Shown here in pieces: positions 47,690 through 56,866 of a stretch of 64,000 nt of DNA. Source of the DNA: a virus; the IMG/VR virus record IMGVR_UViG_3300017728_002360; one strand, given 5' to 3'. Each line of letters begins with the position of its first letter. The stretch's first letter is position 1. The position numbers and the translations under genes were made by a program. Under the pieces are notes generated by a model. It searched no databases. It worked only from the letters and a program-made list of their open reading frames with translations, and had not been told where the DNA came from.

Positions 47690-48155
47690 GGATAGAAAAA
47701 GAACAATATATGATCGAACAGGAACAGTACCATATCTAATTAGATGGTATATATTCCTTAAGGATCGTAAGAGCTTCCCGTTCAACATCACTTTACATAA
47801 AATACTAGTAAGTGATGAGGCAGTACTACATGACCATCCCTGGAGTTGGGGTACAATGATCCTAAAAGGTGGGTATTGGGAACACACGCCGTTAAGAGCC
47901 ATGGAAGGTCATGTAGTAGGTAGTACAAAAAAATGGTGGGGACCAGGTACTGTAAGATTTAGAAAAGCTGATGATTTGCATTAGCTAGAACTTGAGAAGG
48001 ACAAAGATGGTAACGAGATACCGTGTTGGAGTTTATTCTATATGGGTAAGAAATCCAAAGAATGGGGCTTTATGCGACACGTTAAGGACTTAGGTTATCG
48101 TTGGATACTTCATACAGATTATTTGAAAGATAAGAAAACAGATGAGACAGCCTAA
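47673..48155 (+). pseudogene. Cupin-fold protein interrupted by in-frame TAG (47982-47984)
   Basis: LHDHPW...GGYWE...DDLH*LELEK...WSLF.MG...EWGF; frame continues to TAA 48153-48155, overlapping next start. Confidence 0.7.
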
Positions 48156-49320
48156 AGTAACAGAAATGCTAGATGGAAGAATGTACATCTTTGATGATGC
48201 ATTTGAGCCACCTGAACTAAATGAACTTGTTCGTGATGTACAAAACTGGCCATACTTATATGGTGAAGTTGATGACGGTGATTTACCGCCAACAGGAATG
48301 AGTACAGGAGAATATACAGGTAGTAAAACATTTCATGCACTTTGGGAGTTCTGTGAAAAGTATGTACCACAAGTAAATGGTTGCATACTAAAAAGATCAC
48401 ACGCAAATATATTTGCTCCAAGAGAGCCTGCGTACTATCACGTAGACGATGAAAGTGATGAAGCATGGACTTTTATGTTTTATGCAAACAATAACTGGGA
48501 TATAAATGACGGTGGTGAAACAAAGTTTATTACCAACTTACAAAATAAAAAAGAAGGCTATGAAGGTACAGAGTATCCAGAGATAATTGCTATTCCGCCT
48601 ATTCCAGGTAGAATACTTCTTTGGAAAAGCAACGTATTACATACTGCAACACCTATGAGAAACACACATAGATTTACTCCTACGTTTAAATTTATTAAGT
48701 TCTTAGAAGAAATGCACGGCAAAGGTGAAGGTGGTATTGTTATGGGTAAGCAAGAAACTTATCCTTGGCATAAAGAATATGTTCCACCTATGCCTATTAC
48801 AACTGAATTACATAACATAGTAAACATTAATGTATATGAAACTAACTTGACTAACGTAGACGATAAACAAATAATAGATTGTGTTAGTAGACGTGTTACA
48901 AGGATTGATAATAATCCTGAGGACACACACTACGAAGATTTTGAGTTTCCAAACAATCCGTGTTGTTTACACTTTATGAGTGAAGTAGAAAAAGCAGTTA
49001 AGCAATACACAGATGAAGATTTAGAATTAACAGGAATCTGGACACACAAAACAGAACCAAATGGTAGTACTGCCTTTCATAGTCATACTAAAAGCAAATG
49101 GTCTTTTGTGTATTACCCAGCACACGTGGAAGGCCAAGGTAACTTACACTTCACAGTATTTGTAAATGATATGCCACGTTTCGAAAAAGAGATACAACCT
49201 AAGCCGGGTATGCTCTTAATATTTGATTCAAAGATTTCTCACTACACAGGGAAAAATGTAACAAACAGTGATAGGTATTCTATCAGTGGTAACTTTAATA
49301 TTAGGAGTAATAATGATTAA
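48142..49320 (+). CDS. Tandem double 2OG-Fe(II) oxygenase
   Basis: Domain 1 HVD...VLH...HRF; domain 2 HSH...ISH...RYSISGN. Confidence 0.75.
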   Translation: MRQPKVTEMLDGRMYIFDDAFEPPELNELVRDVQNWPYLYGEVDDGDLPPTGMSTGEYTGSKTFHALWEFCEKYVPQVNGCILKRSHANIFAPREPAYYHVDDESDEAWTFMFYANNNWDINDGGETKFITNLQNKKEGYEGTEYPEIIAIPPIPGRILLWKSNVLHTATPMRNTHRFTPTFKFIKFLEEMHGKGEGGIVMGKQETYPWHKEYVPPMPITTELHNIVNINVYETNLTNVDDKQIIDCVSRRVTRIDNNPEDTHYEDFEFPNNPCCLHFMSEVEKAVKQYTDEDLELTGIWTHKTEPNGSTAFHSHTKSKWSFVYYPAHVEGQGNLHFTVFVNDMPRFEKEIQPKPGMLLIFDSKISHYTGKNVTNSDRYSISGNFNIRSNND

Positions 49321-49855
49321 GAAAAAATATTATAGTTGGAAAGACGTGGAGAATATGTGTACAAGTATCGTAAGCGATATGTACAATGACTCTTGGAGAC
49401 CCGACTATATTGTAGGTATTACCAGAGGTGGTAATGTACCAGCAACTATTATTAGTAACATGACTGGCATACGTTGTGAGTCTATTAAGATTAGTCTACG
49501 TGATAACGAATCAGGTAGAGCAGGTGATAGTGTTGACTGGATGGCCGATGATGCTTTTGGTATTCTAGATGGCAAGGTTGCATCAGGTAGCCCAACTAGT
49601 AAGAAAATTTTAATCGTAGATGACATCAACGACACTGGTGCTACATTTAACTGGATTAAAAAAGATTGGGAGTCAAGACACAATGACCCAGACAAGTGGG
49701 CTAGGATATGGGGTGGCAATGTTAAATTTGCTACACTTACAGAAAACCTAGCTAGTAAGTTTGGATCTGTTTCTTACTTCTGTGACGAAGTTAACAAAGC
49801 TGAGGAAGACGTTTGGTTAGTTTATCCTTGGGAGAACGTGGGAAAGTATGATTAA
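49313..49855 (+). CDS. Type I purine phosphoribosyltransferase (Gpt-like)
   Basis: GITRGG, LIVDDINDTGAT, WLVYPWE. Confidence 0.85.
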   Translation: MIKKKYYSWKDVENMCTSIVSDMYNDSWRPDYIVGITRGGNVPATIISNMTGIRCESIKISLRDNESGRAGDSVDWMADDAFGILDGKVASGSPTSKKILIVDDINDTGATFNWIKKDWESRHNDPDKWARIWGGNVKFATLTENLASKFGSVSYFCDEVNKAEEDVWLVYPWENVGKYD

Positions 49856-50549
49856 CATAGGTTGGTGTTGGACAGGAAGTATACCAGAACTACTGGTTGT
49901 AGAGCCTGAAAGATTCAAGACACCAAAGATAGTAAACAAAGATTATAATAATAGAGGTGTAATAGATTGTCCTTCTTATCAAGGCTTCTATAATAATCTA
50001 TTTCTTTTAAAGTCGCCTGTGTCTTTTACTGCTACGCCTAAAGATGGTGCAGTAGAAATTTCAAGTGACGAAGTAGATACACAACAATTACAAAATTTAG
50101 TTACACTACATCAGCCTAATGAAATGTATGATGTTAAAAAGCCTATGTTTCAATTTAATTTAAACTATTTGTTTATAGCAGATGATCCATGCTTAATGGA
50201 AATACTGCCACCTTTTATGCACATGGATAAATTTCCAGGTGAAGTTATTGGCGGTAGTTATAACATACATAGTTGGATAAGAAGTATTAGTTGGGGATTT
50301 GTGTTTAACGATACCAAAAAGAAATTGGTTATTAAACGTGGAGATCCATTATGCTACGTTAAGTTTACAACACCAAAATTAAATTCATTTGTCCAATTAA
50401 AAGAATGTATTCTTACAGATGACATTATTAAGGAATTAGATAGAAAAAGATTCTTGACACAATTCAAAAAAGGTGGTATAATAAACTTAATGACTAGAGC
50501 TTTGAAATTAAGACCAAAAAAATTAATTAAAATTAAACCCAAGATATGA
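49848..50549 (+). CDS. Hypothetical protein (related to 18911..19675)
   Basis: IDCP...IKRGDPLCYV. Confidence 0.55.
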   Translation: MINIGWCWTGSIPELLVVEPERFKTPKIVNKDYNNRGVIDCPSYQGFYNNLFLLKSPVSFTATPKDGAVEISSDEVDTQQLQNLVTLHQPNEMYDVKKPMFQFNLNYLFIADDPCLMEILPPFMHMDKFPGEVIGGSYNIHSWIRSISWGFVFNDTKKKLVIKRGDPLCYVKFTTPKLNSFVQLKECILTDDIIKELDRKRFLTQFKKGGIINLMTRALKLRPKKLIKIKPKI

Positions 50550-50788
50550 CCGATAATATAGTTAAATTTCCTGATATAAAAGATAGGGTACACGTATTAA
50601 ACTTTAAAGTGCCAGCGGTTATCAGTATGCACAAAAAAGCAGATAGCGATATAGCATTGGAAATAAGACGTTTGAATGAACACGAAGGTATAGGACAAGC
50701 CTGGGTACCTGCAAAGAATATAACAGAAGCTAAAAGGAAACTACACGATATGATCAAAGTTACTGAATGGATTGACATAGATGCGTGA
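50546..50788 (+). CDS. Hypothetical protein
   Basis: 80 aa, overlaps neighbours. Confidence 0.5.
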   Translation: MTDNIVKFPDIKDRVHVLNFKVPAVISMHKKADSDIALEIRRLNEHEGIGQAWVPAKNITEAKRKLHDMIKVTEWIDIDA

Positions 50789-51176
50789 AGACTTAATGGT
50801 TCAACAACAGGTAGAAAACTTATGGCAACACTTTGTAGGTGTTATATGTTTAAATCAAACAGGTAGAATACAAGTTAAAAGAGTACTACCAGAGTTTTTT
50901 GATAGATGGCCAACGCCAGAGAAGTTTCTTAGAAGCAGAAAAGCAACTGTTATTAACGTAATAAAAAGTTTAGGATTTTATAATAGACGTGAGAACGCAA
51001 TTAGAAAGATGACAAAAGACTTTCTAACTTGGGATAAGGTAGATGCTACAAAGTTATATGGCATCGGCAAATACGGATCAGATAGTTACGAGTTATTCTA
51101 TAACAAACGTGTACCTGAGAACGTAGGTGATCATGAATTAAAAAGATACATTAAGGAAGAGTTTTATGGAGTTTAG
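50781..51176 (+). CDS. HhH-GPD DNA glycosylase, MBD4-catalytic-domain-like
   Basis: ICLNQT, LGFYNRR, LYGIGKYGSDSYELF, DHEL. Confidence 0.75.
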   Translation: MREDLMVQQQVENLWQHFVGVICLNQTGRIQVKRVLPEFFDRWPTPEKFLRSRKATVINVIKSLGFYNRRENAIRKMTKDFLTWDKVDATKLYGIGKYGSDSYELFYNKRVPENVGDHELKRYIKEEFYGV

Positions 51177-51588
51177 TCAAATACCTTGGAAAGACGTGTT
51201 AGTAGACACTAGACAATTTACTGTGTTTAAGGACAAGTATCCGGTTACAGAAGGACATATTCTTTTTGTACCTAAAGTAGAAGACTGGGATCATTTGACA
51301 GAATGTTTTAAGGCCGCTTACAAATGGGGCTATGATTGGGTTGAACGTGGATACTGTGATGCTTTTAACATAGGACAGAACGTAGGCAAAGAAGCAGGAC
51401 AAAGTGTAATGTGGCCACACGTACATTTGATTCCTAGGCGTGAAGGTGATATGGCAGATCCTAAAGGAGGTGTGCGAGGAGTGTTGCCACATAAGCAAAA
51501 ATATATAGATAAGGATCTAAATATACGTGAAGGTAAATTTACAACAGAAGAAATTATTGAAGCACAAGAGAGGATCTTAAATAAATGA
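51166..51588 (+). CDS. HIT-family nucleotide hydrolase
   Basis: DKYPVTEGH, AGQSVMWPHVHLIPR. Confidence 0.85.
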   Translation: MEFSQIPWKDVLVDTRQFTVFKDKYPVTEGHILFVPKVEDWDHLTECFKAAYKWGYDWVERGYCDAFNIGQNVGKEAGQSVMWPHVHLIPRREGDMADPKGGVRGVLPHKQKYIDKDLNIREGKFTTEEIIEAQERILNK

Positions 51589-52472
51589 GAATTGCGGCTC
51601 TAGGTTGTAGTCATACTTGCGGATATCATGTTAAGGATATGCCTGAGGATAAAGTGTTGGATATTAACACTTGGCCTTTCAGTGGCAAGTGGAATGACAA
51701 CAACTGGGCAGAATTCTACATCAATAACAAAGATGCTGACGGAGTTATATTTGCTAACAGTAGTAATGGCTGGTGGGAATATAGCGAATGGTTAAGTCAT
51801 TTGTTTAAGACATACGATGACATAAAAGAAGTTGTCGTACAGAACACATACTGGAATCGTTTTAGATTAAGCATGATGGATCCACCGGATTATGAGAACA
51901 TGGTTCCTTTAGATGAACTGTATCATCTGGAACATAAAAAAGGCAATATCGACTTATGGTTAAAAAGAATACACAACGAAAAGAGAGATGTATTTGATAT
52001 TCCTTTCCAATGTTACCCTCAGGACTATTCTGATAGGTTACATTTTAACGTAAAATTCAATCCAAGATTTATGGTTGACGAACCTGACTTAAGAGCAGAG
52101 CCGTTTATGAAAGTAAAGACTTGGATGGAAATTATGTCACTTAAAGCACAACGTGAGTGGTTTAAGGAGATGTACATACTGCAAGAGTTATGCAGAAACA
52201 ATGGGGCTGAACTTAAATTATTCAGTCTAAACAAATGGACTTGGATACCAGATGAAATGCTTATTCCAAAGTTAAGAAATTCTTTTTATAACTTTGACTA
52301 CATCCAGGTCGCAACCAATCATGTAGAAGAATGGTTTCTACGTGAAAAGAACGTGGATATTACTAAAGAAACAATCGATGGAGAACACTTCGGAGAAGAC
52401 ATCCATAAGATTATTGCCTTAGAATATCTGCCACAACAATTTGAAAGGAAATCAAATGTCCAACAGAGCTAA
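51585..52472 (+). CDS. SGNH-hydrolase-like protein
   Basis: N-terminal LGCSHT, C-terminal DGEH. Confidence 0.55.
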   Translation: MRIAALGCSHTCGYHVKDMPEDKVLDINTWPFSGKWNDNNWAEFYINNKDADGVIFANSSNGWWEYSEWLSHLFKTYDDIKEVVVQNTYWNRFRLSMMDPPDYENMVPLDELYHLEHKKGNIDLWLKRIHNEKRDVFDIPFQCYPQDYSDRLHFNVKFNPRFMVDEPDLRAEPFMKVKTWMEIMSLKAQREWFKEMYILQELCRNNGAELKLFSLNKWTWIPDEMLIPKLRNSFYNFDYIQVATNHVEEWFLREKNVDITKETIDGEHFGEDIHKIIALEYLPQQFERKSNVQQS

Positions 52473-52665
52473 AATGATAGAAGCACTCAAGAGCCATGCA
52501 CAAGGACACATCGACAAACATAAAATGAATGTTGAAGTGTACCTAAATAATAGTGTAGGGATTGGCGAGCATCCGGACGTATTAGAAGCAATCGAAAAAG
52601 AATTAGCCGTTATTGCTCAGTACATGGATGAATTGGAAGTATTGAACAGATACTTTTCAGAATAA
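52456..52665 (+). CDS. Small hypothetical protein
   Basis: VGIGEHPD motif, SD AAGGA. Confidence 0.6.
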   Translation: MSNRAKMIEALKSHAQGHIDKHKMNVEVYLNNSVGIGEHPDVLEAIEKELAVIAQYMDELEVLNRYFSE

Positions 52666-52667
52666 AC

Positions 52668-52696
52668 TTGACAAAAAACCTAAATAAGTGTATACT
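52668..52696 (+). promoter_or_regulatory. Sigma70-type promoter for folE with TAAATA in the spacer
   Basis: TTGACA-17nt-TATACT. Confidence 0.75.
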
Positions 52697-52742
52697 ATAA
52701 ACAAGTACAGGCAATCCACTGCCTTAACATCGGAGAAGAGAA

Positions 52743-53429
52743 TTGAAGAAAAGTGAAGAAATAATACAGAGGTTACAAGACTCAGGAGATAGATTCTGGG
52801 CTGGTGACAACATATCACAGCATCTACAACCGGGCGACAAAGATGCACTAATCGAAGAACTTACACCAAAGTTTGAAGAAGTGTTAGACAGCTTGGTTAT
52901 AGATCGTTTTAATGATCCTAACAGTATGGACACTGGTAGACGTCTTGCAAAGATGTATATCAATGAACTTATGCAAGGACGTTATAACCCAATGCCTAAT
53001 GCAACTGCATTTCCGAACCATGTAGAAGATGGTTATAAGGGTATGCTTGTTGTAAGAAGCGAAATTAAAAGTATGTGTTCACATCATCACCAACCAGTGA
53101 GTGGTGTTGCATACATTGGTATTATTGCCGCGGAAACACTCATTGGACTTTCTAAGTATACACGTATTGCTCAATGGTGTGCAAGAAGAGGTACACTACA
53201 AGAAGAACTTAATAATGTTATTGCTAATGAGATTGGTAAGGCAACTAACAGTCCTAACGTAGGTGTTTACATTCAAGCAACACATGGTTGTTGTGAGAAC
53301 AGAGGTATTATGGCAAGAAGTAGTTTAACACAAACTACAGTCTTACGTGGTGCATTTGAAAAAGACATGGGTACTAAAAAAGAGTTTATGGATAACATCA
53401 AATTACAACAGGAGTTTGCACGTGATTAG
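52743..53429 (+). CDS. folE: GTP cyclohydrolase I
   Basis: SMCSHH, GLSK, LQE, HGCCENRG. Confidence 0.9.
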   Translation: MKKSEEIIQRLQDSGDRFWAGDNISQHLQPGDKDALIEELTPKFEEVLDSLVIDRFNDPNSMDTGRRLAKMYINELMQGRYNPMPNATAFPNHVEDGYKGMLVVRSEIKSMCSHHHQPVSGVAYIGIIAAETLIGLSKYTRIAQWCARRGTLQEELNNVIANEIGKATNSPNVGVYIQATHGCCENRGIMARSSLTQTTVLRGAFEKDMGTKKEFMDNIKLQQEFARD

Positions 53430-53805
53430 AGAATGGATTGTATCAGGTTGGAATGGTATTATGGATCATAGAGTTAATCCATTAAGACATATCCCAGACT
53501 TACAGGTGCGTCATATGATGATGCAGATACTAGCATTTATGTGGTCAAGTATTTTTGCAATTTTAATTGTTGATAGTGTTTGGGCATTTGGCATTAGTGC
53601 TATTGCTCATATGCTTTTCGTTGCAGGAGTTGTTATTACTGTTGCAACATTTAAAGTTGTTGAAAGTAATCCAAACGCCTTTAACTTTGTTAAAGGTTAT
53701 CACTCATATGGCAGAGGCAGAGGTCATGTTATTATGAGAGATAAAAATGGTCTTCCTTATAAAGTAGATTTACCTAAAGGAGATCCAGGAGGAGAACATG
53801 AGTAA
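53422..53805 (+). CDS. Membrane protein
   Basis: Two TM helices; GTG start inferred. Confidence 0.55.
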   Translation: MIREWIVSGWNGIMDHRVNPLRHIPDLQVRHMMMQILAFMWSSIFAILIVDSVWAFGISAIAHMLFVAGVVITVATFKVVESNPNAFNFVKGYHSYGRGRGHVIMRDKNGLPYKVDLPKGDPGGEHE

Positions 53806-54001
53806 AATTAGTATAGCAAACAAAGACCCAGGTGATAATCACTTTAGTGTAAGCCTTGTTAAAAGTATATTCCGAATGGTAGCCTGTGGCTGTTTAGTCT
53901 ACGGCGGATATATGTTAGAAGCATGGGGCTGGCCTTTTATGGCCGCAGGAGCCATCTTGTTTATTGCAGAGGTCTTAGGAATAATAGAGGAGATAGTTTA
54001 A
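53798..54001 (+). CDS. Small 2-TM protein
   Basis: 67 aa; ends AEVLGIIEEIV. Confidence 0.55.
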   Translation: MSKISIANKDPGDNHFSVSLVKSIFRMVACGCLVYGGYMLEAWGWPFMAAGAILFIAEVLGIIEEIV

Positions 54002-54189
54002 TGAAGGAAGGTCCAATGAAACAACATATCGATAGAGATACTGACGGCGTGATCAAACAAGAATTCATTACGTATCGTAAGAAAGATGGTATGCTTATAA
54101 AAGAATCTACTATTAGAACTTTTAGAGGAACAGACGGTGACTATAACGATAGTTACTACCATGAACCATTAGTTAAAATAAGTGAATAG
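54001..54189 (+). CDS. Hypothetical protein
   Basis: 62 aa, SD GAGGAG. Confidence 0.55.
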   Translation: MKEGPMKQHIDRDTDGVIKQEFITYRKKDGMLIKESTIRTFRGTDGDYNDSYYHEPLVKISE

Positions 54190-54191
54190 AA

Positions 54192-55088
54192 ATGGCAGAG
54201 AAGAAATATTATTACAGTGAAATATTTCATTCGATACAGGGTGAAGGACACTATACAGGTGTGCCTACTGCTTGGATACGTTTCTTCTTGTGTAACTTAC
54301 AATGTAGTGGGTTTGGACAAGTAGATCCTACAAATCCTGACACATATGATCTTCCGTTTTTAGATTATGATGTAAGCCAAGTAAAAAGAGTTGAAGACTT
54401 ACCTGTTTGGGAAAAAGGTTGTGATTCTAGTTATACTTGGGCTAAGAAGTATAAACACTTGATGGGTCAAGAAACTCCTGATTCTTTAGCAAACAAGATT
54501 GTTGATATACTAAAGACAGAGTCGAACCCAGAAGGCAAGTTCTTACATCCTATGAGTAAGCAAAGACAACACTTATGCTTTACAGGTGGTGAGCCTTTAA
54601 TGATTACTGGACAACAGGCAAGTGTTGGTATATATGAAGAATTATTAAAACAAGGTAATTTACCAGAGTCAATGACTTTTGAAACTAACGGTACACAAAA
54701 GTTAAGAGAGCCTTTTAAAGAATGGGCTACAGGAATTGATCAAGAAGTATTCTTTAGTTGTAGTCCTAAACTGTTTACAGTATCAGGTGAACAAACTAAG
54801 AAAGCTATTATTCCAGAAGTAGTTGGAGAATATTATCAAGTTTCTAACAAAGGACAATTAAAGTTTGTTGTAGGTAGTGAACAAAGACAATGGGACGAGA
54901 TGGACGAAGCTATAGAGAAATTTAGATCAGCAGGTTGTAATTGGCCTGTATGGATCATGCCCGTTGGGGCTAGAGAAGAAGAGCAAACTGCGACAGCAGG
55001 TGACGTTGCTAAACTGGCATTTCAAAGAGGTTATAACGTGGCGGCAAGAGTACACGTATACTTGTTTGGTAATGCGATAGGCACTTAG
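54192..55088 (+). CDS. queE: 7-carboxy-7-deazaguanine synthase-like radical SAM enzyme
   Basis: EIFHSIQGEG, CNLQC...GCDS, FTGGEP, ETNG, SPK, RVH. Confidence 0.85.
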   Translation: MAEKKYYYSEIFHSIQGEGHYTGVPTAWIRFFLCNLQCSGFGQVDPTNPDTYDLPFLDYDVSQVKRVEDLPVWEKGCDSSYTWAKKYKHLMGQETPDSLANKIVDILKTESNPEGKFLHPMSKQRQHLCFTGGEPLMITGQQASVGIYEELLKQGNLPESMTFETNGTQKLREPFKEWATGIDQEVFFSCSPKLFTVSGEQTKKAIIPEVVGEYYQVSNKGQLKFVVGSEQRQWDEMDEAIEKFRSAGCNWPVWIMPVGAREEEQTATAGDVAKLAFQRGYNVAARVHVYLFGNAIGT

Positions 55089-55099
55089 GAGGTGTTATT

Positions 55100-55441
55100 A
55101 TGAAAATGTTAATAGCTATATTAGTTTTGTTTACTGCGGTGGCAGTTTACACAGACACAAAGGCGGCTGAATGGAATCAGAAGCCTGTTATGTGTGCGGA
55201 TTGGGAAACAGTGAAACAGGGGTTGCTCAATAGAGGAGAGATACTTCGTTTTCAAGGAACACAGGCAACAAAGGTATATGGTGGTGAAGGACTATCAGAT
55301 ACTACTGCATTTATACCAATGTCAGTTTGGGTCAATCCAAAAACAAATTCGTATACAATACTAGAGTTTCATCCAAGTTATCAATCACATTGTATTCTTA
55401 GTTTTGGTAATGATTGGAGAATAGAAGGAGAAAACTTATGA
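55100..55441 (+). CDS. Secreted/periplasmic protein
   Basis: Signal peptide ending TKA-AE; SD AGGAGG. Confidence 0.6.
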   Translation: MKMLIAILVLFTAVAVYTDTKAAEWNQKPVMCADWETVKQGLLNRGEILRFQGTQATKVYGGEGLSDTTAFIPMSVWVNPKTNSYTILEFHPSYQSHCILSFGNDWRIEGENL

Positions 55442-55821
55442 AAGACTTTATAAACAAGGTCAAAGATAAGTTCGTTAAGAAAGGTCCAGTAGAAGAAACG
55501 TCTGAAGAGAAAAGACTACGTATTTTACAGGAAGAAAAGAAACAAGCAACAAAGGATAAAAAGCCTTGGGTTGCAGTTTTGAATACCCATGTTAATCCAA
55601 AGGATATCAAAAACGGATTCTTTGAATTGGATTGGAATAACGAATTTATTGAACAACTACTAGACGCAGGATACTCTGGAGAAACAAACGAGCAGATTGT
55701 TGATGCATGGTTTAAGACTATTGCAAGAAACATTTTGGAAGAACAAGGTTTGGATCCTAAGAGAGATGCTGGTCATATAAAGATCAATAAACGTAAAGAT
55801 GGCAAGACAGAAGTTTCTTGA
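55438..55821 (+). CDS. Hypothetical protein
   Basis: GFFELDWNNEF motif. Confidence 0.6.
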   Translation: MKDFINKVKDKFVKKGPVEETSEEKRLRILQEEKKQATKDKKPWVAVLNTHVNPKDIKNGFFELDWNNEFIEQLLDAGYSGETNEQIVDAWFKTIARNILEEQGLDPKRDAGHIKINKRKDGKTEVS

Positions 55822-55846
55822 CAACGTGTTAATTTTGTGCTATAAT
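55818..55846 (+). promoter_or_regulatory. Sigma70 consensus promoter with extended -10
   Basis: TTGACA-17nt-TATAAT with TGn. Confidence 0.85.
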
Positions 55847-55879
55847 TTAAACATAATAGAAAATTAAATAGGTAATAAA

Positions 55880-56866
55880 ATGAAATATGTTCTTATAGAT
55901 ACTGCGAATACTTTCTTTAGAGCTCGCCATGTAGTACGAGGCGAATTGGACATAAAGGTAGGTATGGCATTTCATATTACGTTCAATAGTATTAAAAAGG
56001 CATGGCAAGACTTTGATGGCAGTCATGTTGTGTTCTGTTTAGAAGGCAGAAGCTGGCGTAAGGATTTTTATGAGCCTTACAAACGTAACAGAAAAGAAAG
56101 TAGAGATGCACTAACAGAAGCACAGGCAGAAGAAGAAAAAGTGTTCTGGGAAACATTTGATAACTTTAAAAACTTTGTTACAGAAAAGACTAACTGTACT
56201 GTACTGCAACACAATGAACTAGAAGCAGATGATCTTATTGCAGGTTGGGTACAAGCACACCCAGATGACGAACACGTTATTATCAGCACAGACGGAGACT
56301 TTGCACAACTTATTAGCCCTAAGGTTACACAGTATAACGGTGTTAGCAATACAACTATTACACACGAAGGTTACTTTGATGACAAGGGTAAGAAGATTAT
56401 AGATAAGAAAACTAAAGCAGAAAAACTTGCACCTAACCCTGAGTGGTTACTGTTTGAAAAGTGTATGAGAGGCGACACTAGTGACAACGTGTTTAGTGCT
56501 TATCCTGGTGTAAGAGTAAAAGGCACTAAGAACAAGGTAGGCTTACAAGAAGCATTTGCAGATAAAAGCAATAAAGGCTATGCTTGGAATAACTTAATGT
56601 TACAACGTTGGGTTGATCATGAAGGTGTAGAACATAGAGTATTAGATGATTATAATCGTAATGTAATACTATGTGATCTTACTGCACAACCTGAGAACAT
56701 TAAAGAGAAAATTACAACAACTATTCAAGAGAATGCACAACCTAAGAACATTAAACAAGTAGGTTTGCGTCTTATGAAGTTCTGTGCATTGTATGATATG
56801 CAAAGAATAACTGATAATGCTCAGGCTTACGCCGAACCATTACAAGCGAGGTATCCTGTACTATGA
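55880..56866 (+). CDS. rnh: RNase H / 5'-3' flap exonuclease (T4 rnh-like)
   Basis: LIDTAN, YKRNR, EADD, STDGDF, GDTSDNV. Confidence 0.9.
   Translation: MKYVLIDTANTFFRARHVVRGELDIKVGMAFHITFNSIKKAWQDFDGSHVVFCLEGRSWRKDFYEPYKRNRKESRDALTEAQAEEEKVFWETFDNFKNFVTEKTNCTVLQHNELEADDLIAGWVQAHPDDEHVIISTDGDFAQLISPKVTQYNGVSNTTITHEGYFDDKGKKIIDKKTKAEKLAPNPEWLLFEKCMRGDTSDNVFSAYPGVRVKGTKNKVGLQEAFADKSNKGYAWNNLMLQRWVDHEGVEHRVLDDYNRNVILCDLTAQPENIKEKITTTIQENAQPKNIKQVGLRLMKFCALYDMQRITDNAQAYAEPLQARYPVL

Noticed and set aside
13972-47984. Genome-wide stop-codon reassignment
   Set aside because: The two internal stops differ (TAA, TAG) and both codons end many intact genes (e.g. TAG at 3136, 6320)
52697-52742. preQ1 riboswitch before folE
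   Set aside because: No preQ1-I loop consensus or A-rich 3' tail; only a 5-bp hairpin
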